From: Macrostomum lignano
Taxonomy: Eukaryota
DNA length: 25,717 bases
Direction of reading: 5' to 3'
Assembly: GCA_002269645.1 (NCBI GenBank)
Contig: NIVC01005117.1
Location: 1-25,717, forward strand
Of the stretch, positions 12,034 to 21,374 are shown in pieces. The notes below the pieces were generated by a model. The model did no database searches. It worked only from the letters and a program-made list of their open reading frames with translations, and had not been told where the DNA came from. How positions within the stretch are numbered: the first letter of the stretch is position 1; each line of letters opens with the position of its first letter. Both the position numbers and the translations under genes were made by a program.

Positions 12034-14158
12034 ATGAAACCACAGACACCACCAAATAGCGAAAATGAAGGAGACAATTTCTTTGGTTTTGAGCTGTCCA
12101 GCCGCCTGACTGAGTGCGTGCGGTGCGATGACGTGCAGCGGATGCTGGCGGTGCTGTCTGCAGCTGGCCTCGGACCCGAACACCTCAGCGGCCATCTAAG
12201 CACCGACGCTGAGATGCAGCGATCGACTGGCTGCTGGACGAGATCCTCATCGGGCCGCACTTCATCTGCTCAGCGCTGCAGCGTCAGCTTCAGCACAATC
12301 GTTCACCTCAGCGTGTTCAGGCAGAGCTCACGGGTGCTGAGCTTCATCTCTGCTGAACAGCCTCACCTGCTCATGATGCGAGACGATTCTGGCTCAGGTG
12401 TGCTGCACTGTCTGGCGGAGGCGAGCGTGCTGCTCCGGCGGAAGAGTGCTACCGGCGGAAACACTCGCCTCTCGAGCAGTTCGACGCGTTCCAGACTCGA
12501 CTGCTCTCCATGCTGAGCGACGTCGAGAGTCCGTACTCGGAGCAGCAGTGAGTCCGATATTGTGACTCATGTGTGAGTGAGCTCGAGCACTGTCTCGCAG
12601 CTAGTCATGCAGTCTCGCTCCGTTTCAGATCTGCATCGAGTCTGCTGCACTCGCTGTGTCTCATGGAGAACTCGGACGGACTGAGACCGCTGGAGTTATC
12701 TGTTCTCATCGGAGCATACTCCACATTTCAGTGCATCCTGCACGTAAAAGGCTACATTCTGAGTAAGCAGGTGAGTCACGGCATTCGAGTTCGCAACACG
12801 TTCGACCTGCGGGAGTACGATCTGATGAAGGGTGAGCGGAGGGACAAGAATCCCATGCTCATGCTCACTCTGATCTCGGCGTCGGAGGCGGATCCACTGT
12901 CGGAGTCGGGACTGCTCGAGTGTCCCGTCATCAAGAAGTGGATGAAAGCAATTTTCTTGACATGCGCGGCACTGTGATGCTGAAAAGCATGTTTCTACCA
13001 ACAATAGTGACCTATATGAGTCCTCTGACTCCGTTCATAGTTGCGGTGGCCAGCTTTGTCCAATTCGGTCACTACCTGCAGGTTGGATATCGGGAACACA
13101 TTGGCTACTTGAGGTCGCAACTGCCCAGAGGTGTCTTTGGTGCCTCGAATACCAGCGCTCAAGAGCTCGCGGTGGATTTTGTGCGGTCCAGTTGCTCCTC
13201 CCTGCAAATTCTGGCTTTCCTCTCCAACAGGTCCAATCCAGACAACAACGCCGTGATCTGTGTTTCCCCCGTTTTTTTCAACGATGTGAAGCGCTACGAG
13301 GTGTTTCGGCTACCTCTCCTGATTCCGTTGATAGTTTTGGGGTATCTGCTAGTTCAGGCTGTCATCATTGTGCACCGGACAAGGATAGTCCTCCGCAGTC
13401 CCCGATGGATGCCTCGCAGATCGAATTATCTCGTGCAGAGTCGTTTCTATGACAACGTGTTCATAATGAGCTTCATCAGTGGCCTGGTGTATGTCAGTAG
13501 CACTTTGGTTATGCTCTGGATGCTGGACTGTTCAGACTATGTGCTGGACCCTGCTACTGAAAACTACCGACTGCAAGTATTGTCAAGTGTCTCAGAGTGC
13601 TCCGCTGTTCTATTCATTTTCTTCAATCTGTTCAGCATCATTGAAGTGTACGAGATGATACTTAAACACGTGGCCTTCTTAGCCATCTGCTTTCGCTGGA
13701 TGTTGGCCAAGTTTTTAAACTCCATTCCACTGCTGTTTATCTGGGCCTACCTGGTGTTTGGCACCCTTCTGTACCTTGCCGACGTTAATGGTACCGATTT
13801 TCAATCGCATTTCGCAGTATTCTACTCACCGATGCTGTTGATTGTCAACCTGCTCCAGCTGTCGCCAAGGCTGTCTGTAATGATTTTGCACACTCTGTTC
13901 GCTCTCATCGTGACCATTAACATCCAGAACCTACTCATTGCCTACATTTTGCATGCGTTCAGTCACGTGGCAGTCAATTTCGAATTGATCTACCAGCTAT
14001 CCAGCCTTAACTGCTCCTTCAAGGCGTGGAAGTTCTATTGGTTTCTGACTCGAATGCTCCGCTACTGGGCAAAGGAGGAGCAGGAGCCAAGGTACGTCCT
14101 GACCGTTTGCAGCTTGCGGCCACCTCGCAGCCGATTTTTTGACACGAACCGAAGCTGA
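12034..14158 (+). pseudogene. TRPV-like channel copy 1 (ankyrin repeats + 6TM), disrupted by two 1-bp deletions; pseudogene or assembly error; 681 aa if repaired
   Basis: Exon 1 is 12034-12547, the intron is 12548-12628 (GTGAGT...TTTCAG) and exon 2 is 12629-14158. It lacks one G at ~12474 relative to copy 2 (CTCTCGAG vs CTCTCGGAG) and one T at ~12952-12955. Restoring both gives 2046 nt = 681 aa + stop, largely colinear with copy 2. S6 has QNLLIA, matching the TRP NLLIA motif. Confidence 0.7.
12548..12628 (+). other. 81-nt GT-AG intron of TRPV-like copy 1
   Basis: CA|GTGAGT donor and CTCGCTCCGTTTCAG| acceptor. It matches the copy 2 intron at 79 of 81 positions. Confidence 0.8.
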
Positions 14159-14362
14159 AGCGGAATAATTTTGGAAATCAGCCCAGTCTTAAACTGCATG
14201 CATCGGTCATTTTTACAGCTAACAGATGAAAATGCGATGAAAAACATATGCGGCATCTTCAGTCTTTAACCTTTTATTCTGAATTATAGTATGAATACTT
14301 ACACTAAAGTCAGTTAGCCGATGAAGAGGACTCCAACTACTATAGCTATGTAAGTGGTATAA

Positions 14363-14368
14363 AATAAA
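14363..14368 (+). promoter_or_regulatory. Candidate polyadenylation signal (AATAAA) for TRPV-like copy 1
   Basis: AATAAA about 200 nt after the stop codon, but in AT-rich sequence where it could occur by chance. Confidence 0.3.
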
Positions 14369-15283
14369 AAAAATAAGGGCGTAATGTTTGCTAAGAGTAA
14401 TAACTTGGAAAATACACAAATATTTCTGGCAACTTGGCCCGATTGGTTTTGGATAACACGCGACTAACGAGAGAGACAAAAAACTCATAACGTTTCCGCT
14501 TCGAGTATAAAACGATTAAATCTACATGTATATTTATTTAAATCACTAGTAAATTTCTTCTCTTCCGTGAATCTTAAAACCTTAGAACCTTAGAAAATTT
14601 ATGGCTTATTTTCATCTCCATGCACGCTACCTTATGTTACTTAGAGTTTTTTGCACTTATTAGTATTATTATTAATATAATATTTTTGATATATTTTTCA
14701 TAGGCACAGTGAAGTGTACATGCCTAACGATAAATAAATTAGCGCCGCTGTGCACTCCTGTGTGAGTGTGTGCCTGTGCGTATGACTGCGTACGTATCCG
14801 CGCGCTTGTATGCCTGCTCAGGGGAGTCGGCGGAATGGGCAGCAATGCCTCTCGCCGGTTGTGTGACAATGTCGCTTACTGCCTCTAATAAAAACGGTAA
14901 ATGCCCGTTCGATGCAATGTATCCTACAAAAATAGAAAAATTTGTTTAAAGAACACTAAGACTTACTTATGCTGCTTCTGCTTTGTAATAAGCAAAATGA
15001 GGCCTTCAAACGATTTTCAATAATCTGGCATCCCCTGCTACAACCAATGGTCCATAGAACCAGCCAAAAAGTCGATAAGACTAGTTAAGGTTGTAAAAAG
15101 AATGCTTAAATTTACTACTCAAATTATTGATAACACACTGAGCAAGCAGTGTGTTATCAATAATTCTCAGAAATGTAATTAAGTCGATAACGCTTCCTGG
15201 ATGGCTGTGCCAACTCTGTGTGAATCGACGAGTAGAGAGCGACTCAACAAACATTTGCACTTCGGAAGCAAGAGGCAATCATT

Positions 15284-15289
15284 TATAAA
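15284..15289 (+). promoter_or_regulatory. Candidate TATA box for TRPV-like copy 2
   Basis: TATAAA about 65 nt upstream of the ATG at 15353 (GACCATG context). Position-based only. Confidence 0.3.
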
Positions 15290-15352
15290 GAGAGGTGGGC
15301 GGTAGCTGAAATGTAGTCAAGGGATACTCTTGAGTGCTCAGTATCCAAGACC

Positions 15353-15846
15353 ATGCCTCAAGAAGATTCAGGATTTGTCTTCGACCCTGAGCTGTCTAAT
15401 CGCCTGACGGAGTGCCTGCGGTGCGATGACGTGCAGCGGATGCTGGCGGTGCTGTCTGCAGCTGGCCTCGGACCCGAACACCTCAGCGGCCATCTAAGCA
15501 CCGACGCTGAGATGCAGCGATCGACTGGCTGCTGGACGAGATCCTCATCGGGCCGCACTTCATCTGCTCAGCGCTGCAGCGTCAGCTTCAGCACAATCGT
15601 TCACCTCAGCGTGCTCAGGCAGAGCTCACGGGTGCTGAGCTTCATCTCTGCTGAACAGCCTCACCTGCTCATGATGCGAGACGATTCTGGCTCAGGTGTT
15701 CTGCACTGTCTGGCGGAGGCGAGCGTGCTGCTCCGGCGGAAGAGTGCTACCGGCGGAAACACTCGCCTCTCGGAGCAGTTCGACGCGTTCCAGACTCGAC
15801 TGCTCTCCATGCTAAGCGACGTCGAGAGTCCGTACTCGGAGCAGCA
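15353..15846 (+). CDS. TRPV-like channel copy 2, exon 1 (N-terminus with ankyrin-like repeats)
   Basis: STIVHLSVLRQSSRVLSFISAEQPHLLMMRDDSGSGVLHCLAE fits the ankyrin pattern and resembles TRPV5/6 QDSLGNTVLHIL. The exon ends at a CA|GTGAGT donor (phase 2). Confidence 0.75.
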
Positions 15847-15927
15847 GTGAGTCCGATATTGTGTCTCATGTGTGAGTGAGCTCGAGCACTGTCTCGCAGC
15901 TGGTCATGCAGTCTCGCTCCGTTTCAG
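15847..15927 (+). other. 81-nt GT-AG intron of TRPV-like copy 2, containing the in-frame TGA that splits the two ORFs
   Basis: Consensus donor GTGAGT and a pyrimidine-rich TTTCAG acceptor. The length is a multiple of 3, and splicing yields ...PYSEQQ|SASSLLHSLCLMENSDGLRPL... in frame. Confidence 0.8.
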
Positions 15928-17440
15928 ATCTGCATCGAGTCTGCTGCACTCGCTGTGTCTCATGGAGAACTCGGACGGACTGAGACCGCTGGAGTTATCT
16001 GTTCTCATCGGAGCATACTCCACATTTCAGTGCATCCTGCACGTAAAAGGCTACATTCTGAGTAAGCAGGTGAGTCACGGCATTCGAGTTCGCAACACGT
16101 TTGACCTGCGGGAGTACGATCTGATGAAGGGTGAGCGGAGGGACAAGAATCCCATGCTCATGCTCACTCTGATCTCGGCGTCGGAGGCGGATCCACTGTC
16201 GGAGTCGGGACTGCTCGAGTGTCCTGTTATCAAGAAGTGGATGAAAGCAGTTGTTAGCGAGATGTCCTGCGCCATGTACATGCACAGAGCAGCCATTGTC
16301 ATATTCACTTTGATCTTCTCTCCCATTACATTTTCGTTCGGGACCATATCCGCGATGCTGTGCGGCGGCTACCAGCTTCAGTTGGGGTTCTCCGAGTTCA
16401 CCCAATATATGCGGTCGCTGATTAATGGCTCGCTGTCCAACGGGTCCTCAACCGAGGAATTCATTCGGCATGGCTGCCAGCCAGAAAACCTATTCCGCTT
16501 CCTGATCACGGATCTAAATCCCGCGAACAGCCGTGTGCTGCTCCGGTCTCCAGTTTTCTTTACGCGGGTCACCCGGTCCAACATCATTGCAAATCTCATC
16601 AGCGTCCTGATCCTCTTAGCAATATTTCAGGCCTTTAGACTGGTCACCATTGTTTACAACGTTGTCAAAGATCGACAGTTCTATTCATCCCGATGGATGC
16701 CTGCCTCCAAGTCCGATTTTGTAGTTCAGTCGCACTTCTATGACGCAGTGTACGCGCTGTGCTTTGCAACGGGTCTGATCTATATAGTCTTGGCCAGCTT
16801 GTTGAGCAGATTCCTAGACTGCTCAGCTCTTGTCCTGGGCATTTCCAGCGGCACTTTCTGGCTGTCGGTGCTAACGCAATCCGCTGAGTGCTCGGCTGTT
16901 TTGTACTTCTTCTTCAACATGTTCGGCCTATTTGAGGCCTACGAAATGGCAGTGAAGCAGGCGGCTTTTCTCAGCATCTGCTTCCGGAAGATGTTGGTGA
17001 ACTTCCTGCTGGTACTGCCGCTGCTGCTAGTCTGGGCCTACCTGGTGTTCGGCACCCTGCTCTACATGACAGACTTTCGAGGCCAGGAGTTTAGCTCGCA
17101 TCGTCACGTGCTGTACTCCCCGCTGCGGCTGATTATTAACACGGCCAACCTGCCGCACCGGCTGTCTACCAGCCTTCTGCACACGCTGTTCGTTATCAGC
17201 GTGAGCATCAGCGTGCAGAACTTCATCATTGGCTATATTGTGAGCGCGTTCAAAGAGGTTTCGTCAAAATTTGACATTGTATACCATTTGAGCGGCTTGG
17301 ATGCTGCCTTGCGCACCTGGCGTCTCTACCCGGGTCTGCTCAGGGTGGTGCATCTGTGCAGGAGTAGCCGGAGTCCATTCTGTAAGAGACCGAGCAGCAC
17401 TGCAATCCGGGTGTGGAGTCTTCGACCAACGGCCGGATAA
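15928..17440 (+). CDS. TRPV-like channel copy 2, exon 2 (last ankyrin repeat, linker, S1-S6); spliced protein 668 aa
   Basis: NSDGLRPLELSVLIGAYSTFQCIL...HGIRVRNTFDLREYD...LLECPVIKKW parallels recalled TRPV6 [23 protein letters not shown]...YGPLTSTLYDLTEID...ILDQTPVKELVSLKW. Six hydrophobic segments plus a re-entrant pore segment follow, with S4-S5 linker ICFRKML and S6 QNFIIG. Confidence 0.8.
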
Positions 17441-17700
17441 GATAGTAGATATTAAAGTGGTTTTTTGTGGTTTTTTATGCAATTCCTTTCTTCCTTTTTC
17501 GACCAGCATGACTGCTGTGTTCTTTGAAGATTTACCAAGAGAATGGCGTGTTCCGTTCATCAACTAAGCTCGCAGTGCCATGAAAAATGCATTGTGCATT
17601 CATGTAACCCATCAATGTTAACTTTAGCTCGTACCGACCTATTGATATCGTTGAAATTTCTGTAAGACCGACCGTCTGATCATTTTTCCAGCCGTTCTAC

Positions 17701-17706
17701 AATAAA
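17701..17706 (+). promoter_or_regulatory. Candidate polyadenylation signal (AATAAA) for TRPV-like copy 2
   Basis: AATAAA about 260 nt after the stop codon, with a second one near 17750. Confidence 0.3.
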
Positions 17707-18465
17707 TATTTGAGATGAATCGATTGTATCGTGACGATAACTTTGCTTTAATAAAATGAAAAAACTATATTATCCAAGAGTACTTATCGGTAGACATTAC
17801 GGCACTACTTTCAATAGAGTGTGCAGTGTATTTACAGAAATCTATAAACGCAAAGCATATAGCAGCAGGGTTAGATAAGTCCCGGATTTTGCCACCAAAT
17901 GTAGGCGTAACCGAGAAAACGAGTCGCAAGCGCATGCCCTTTAAAATAATTGCTTTTTCATAGCGGATAGAGGGATCGCGGCGTAATTATAAGTAATAAT
18001 TGATAGATAAGTATTTATGCGTATAGCATTACAGAAGTTTGCACGCAAGAGATATATAAACACTTATTAGCATCGATTTAGTGGTGGTTTCGCTACCTCT
18101 GTCGCAACTTTGCGACCAACCAGAGACAGAGACGCGAGCAGAAGTACATGATAAGGTCATTGTCTGCGTTGCTATGGAGTGACTGCAGCGAAACAAGCGC
18201 TGAGACACTGCCCGGGAGGGGAAATAGAATCTGAGTTGCTAGACAAACGTATAACAAGTGTCGAATGAGAAAGGATATTACACAGGCGGGAACTGGTTTT
18301 GCATTGACAGACAAATTCATTGCTTTTCGCGGTAGCTCGGTTTGCTGCTTAATGTTTAACGGTCGATTTTTGAAACGCGCTGGCTTGCTTTTCTGACGAA
18401 TCCTTTTCTAGAACTTGCTTTAGAGTGTTTTAAGAGGAGTAACACGGCCCTTTAGAGTGAGTTCT

Positions 18466-18752
18466 ACCGGGGTGCCAGTGTCGAACAGTGTCAGTGTGTC
18501 TACCAGGGTGCCAGTGTCGAACAGTGTCAGTGTGTCCACCGGGGTGCCAGTGTCGAACAGTGTCAGTGTGTCCACCGGGGTGTCGGTGTGTCTAACGGAG
18601 TGTCAGTGTCTCTACCAGGGTGTCAGTGTGTCTACCAGGGTGTTTGTGTCTATCAGAGTGTCAGTGCCTCTACCGGGGCATGTCAGAATCTCTTCTGGAG
18701 TGTCAGCGCATCCACAGGAGTGTCAGTGCATCGGAAGGAGTGTCAGCGTCTC
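18466..18752. repeat. 36-bp repeat (ACCGGGGTGCCAGTGTCGAACAGTGTCAGTGTGTC[C/T]) x3 decaying into ~18-20-bp GTGTCAGTGT..CTACC units
   Basis: Three near-identical 36-mers followed by degenerate subunits. It lies downstream of the Post2 stop, possibly in the 3' UTR. Confidence 0.85.
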
Positions 18753-18961
18753 TACAAGTTTTGGATAGATACATGGGTACAGATTTTCCGGGACCAAAAT
18801 GGGATACCAAAGGTTGCAGTCTCTCTAGAGTCTGACACCCGATCGATATTTCCAGCTTGGCTTCCCCTCTGGATTCCCTTCTGAGCAGCAAATCAAAGAA
18901 GCAGCAGCTTCCTCTGCGCGGATTCTGCTAGGAAGAATAATCGATTGATTCGGGTCGAGCG

Positions 18962-19240
18962 TCAAGAGCAAATGCCGCCCTGCGGATGGACTACAAGCGA
19001 GGGATCCTTCAGGTCCACGCCTTGGTGGTGCATGTCCTCCTGCTTGAAGCTGCCCAGCTGCTCCATGTGGCCCATCAGCATGGCTCCATGATGGTGCAGG
19101 CCGTGATGATGCTGCTGGTGAAGCTGATGGTGAGCCATGGCTGGACTGACTGACTCGGCTGACACGTTGTCCTCGGATGACCTTGTCCTGGTCTGCAGCT
19201 TCTTCTTCTTCATTCGACGGTTTTGAAACCAGACTTTCAC
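18962..19240 (-). CDS. Post2: Posterior Hox gene Post2, last coding exon (homeodomain helix 3 and C-terminal tail)
   Basis: Starts after the acceptor CGCAG| and reads VKVWFQNRRMKKKKLQTR...GGICS*, with TGA at 18964-18962. Confidence 0.93.
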   Translation of the reverse strand: MKVWFQNRRMKKKKLQTRTRSSEDNVSAESVSPAMAHHQLHQQHHHGLHHHGAMLMGHMEQLGSFKQEDMHHQGVDLKDPSLVVHPQGGICS

Positions 19241-19789
19241 CTGCGGGCGAGTGAGCGGGACAATCTCCATCATAGTGAGTCTGACGGACTTTTAGGACAT
19301 TCCACATGATAAAAAAGTGTTCTTTTTAATAAAAGGTTCGCAATCAAAACAGGATAGATCTACTGGGGTATTGTGAGACAGACTTTTAAGGATTCTACTC
19401 TCATCGCCACTACAAGTAGTTGACCAACCCTTACGAAAGGGTAGCGATAGGGTCAGATTGGTTCGAGTAGACTCCCACAGTCACAATCACTTGTTACGGC
19501 TGGGGTTAGGGTTAGGGTTGCACACCCAAAGCACCCATATTATTCCCCGCGGCGAGTCCGAGGTTTATTGTCAGTTCTATCTATGACAATGCATCACAGA
19601 ATCGCGAAAGAAGTTCCTGATTAATCTGAAAATATGATGATCCACTCGCTTTCCATAAATAATGAGCTGTGTTTTTTAGACTACGTTCTCCGTTCTGTCA
19701 TAGACTATTTTTTCAAATTATTTGTATAATATACTTAGTAGTCTACTTCCTAAGGCGACTATCAATAGTATGAAACGAGCATGGCTTAC

Positions 19790-19926
19790 CTGACGCTCAG
19801 TCAGATGCAGTTGGCAAGAAATTTCCCATCGTTTTTGCCGGGTGATGTAGGCGTTCATGAGGAACTCGCGCTCTAGCATGGCCGTCTGGTAGCGAGTGTA
19901 CGGCTTGCGCTTCTTGCGGCTGCGCA
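19790..19926 (-). CDS. Post2: Posterior Hox gene Post2, middle coding exon (homeodomain residues 1-44)
   Basis: [45 protein letters not shown] matches the spiralian Post2 signature ([20 protein letters not shown]). The acceptor is CCCCCGCAG| and the donor is CAG|GTAAGC. Phases are compatible with both flanking exons. Confidence 0.95.
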
Positions 19927-19944
19927 CTGCGGGGGCGGCGGGTG

Positions 19945-20810
19945 GGGGAGAATCAGGTGAGGGCGGGTGGGGAATCACGTGAGAAGGGGTGGGGAATCAG
20001 GCGAGAGCGGGTGGGGAATCACGTGAGAAGGGGTGGGAATTGTAGATTTGTTTTAGGGGTAAGAAAAGGCTTGGCCACTGCGCGGCCTTGAGCGCCAATA
20101 TATATATTTAGAAATCGATATTTGCGTGGGGTGGAGTTGCGCCTGATAAACAAGAAGCGTGCAAGCTAATTGGCTGCAGAGCGACCGGGGCAGGCATTGT
20201 ACACTTGAGGGTCAGAGAGTTAAACGGTGTACGGCCAACAGGAATCAGGTGAGGGCGGGTGGGGAATCACGTGAGAAGGGGTGGGGAATCACGTGAGAAG
20301 GGGTGGGGAATCAGGTGAGGGGGGGTGGGGAATTGTGTGAATTGCAGGAGGATAATCAGGGGGAATTGCGGGAGGGGAATCAGGGATATTTGCTGGAGAG
20401 GAATCAGGGTATTGCTGGAGAGGAATTAGGGGTATTGCTGGAGGGGAATCAGGGTATAGCTGGAGGGGAATCAGGGGTATTGCTGGAGGGGGATCTGGTG
20501 AATTGCGAGAGGGGGATCTGGTGAATTGCGAGAGGGAAAGCGGGTGAATTGCGGAAGGGGAATCAGGGGAATTGCGGGAGGATAATTAGGGGTATTGCGG
20601 GAAGATAATCAGCAGGGGAAGTGCGGGAGGTGAATCAGGGGAATTGCGGGACGTAAATCAGGTGAATTGCAGGAGGGGAATCAGGGGAATTGCGGGAGGT
20701 GAATCAAGCTAATTGCGGGAGGTGAATCAGGTGAATTGCGGGCGGTGAATCAGGGGAATTGCGAGGGGGGATCACGTGAATTGCGGGAGAGGAATTGGGT
20801 GAATTCTTCT
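19945..20810. repeat. Purine/G-rich degenerate repeats in Post2 intron 1 (GGGGAATC.. and GGGAATTGCGGGA.. units)
   Basis: Repeated GGGTGGGGAATCA and GAATTGCG units. A 48-bp block at 19951-19998 is copied exactly at 20243-20290, with unique sequence between ~20040 and 20240. Confidence 0.85.
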
Positions 20811-21211
20811 TAATAAAAAACAGACGGACGAGTTGGCCTCTTTCCTCTAGGATAGGGTCTACAAACAGAAATTTTTGCAAAAAAGATTGCGCTAAAAGCC
20901 ACACTTCCCCTTAGACAGTTTAGGATCAATTAGTAAAATGCGCAGATTAACCATAAATTTTCTTTGATAATCATCAGACTCCGCGCAAACGCCAGTAGCA
21001 ACTGTCAACAGGCCAGCAGGCTATTTTTTGTCTCTTGGCTTTTAAAAGGTGAGGCGCTCTCAGCAACAGGGCAGATGATCGGTCAAATTTGGGTGGCTGC
21101 CTGGAAGCTGCTAATGGATTTTTCGGTTTTTAAGTGCCGCAAAGAGAGCATGCATGGGTGACCCCATTGACCCCCCTCCGTGGACCCCGAAGCCCCGTGG
21201 GATGCACGTAC

Positions 21212-21340
21212 CGCCGGCTGCGGAGTCTGGATCAGCGAACTCGTCCAGCCGGGGCAGCATCATCTCGTGCGGAGCAAACAGGTACGAGCCACCGCCGACG
21301 CCACCGCCAGCGCCGCCGACTCCGACGACACCTCCGCGAA

Positions 21341-21374
<34 letters not shown>

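Noticed and set aside
15848-15850. In-frame TGA between two collinear ORFs, conserved in both TRPV-like copies, as selenocysteine or stop-codon readthrough
   Set aside because: The TGA lies within a consensus GTGAGT donor, and an in-frame TTTCAG acceptor 81 nt downstream removes it. Splicing is the simpler explanation, and I saw no SECIS-like element.
19503-19518. Interstitial telomeric sequence (TTAGGG)
   Set aside because: Only two full units are present, which is within chance expectation.
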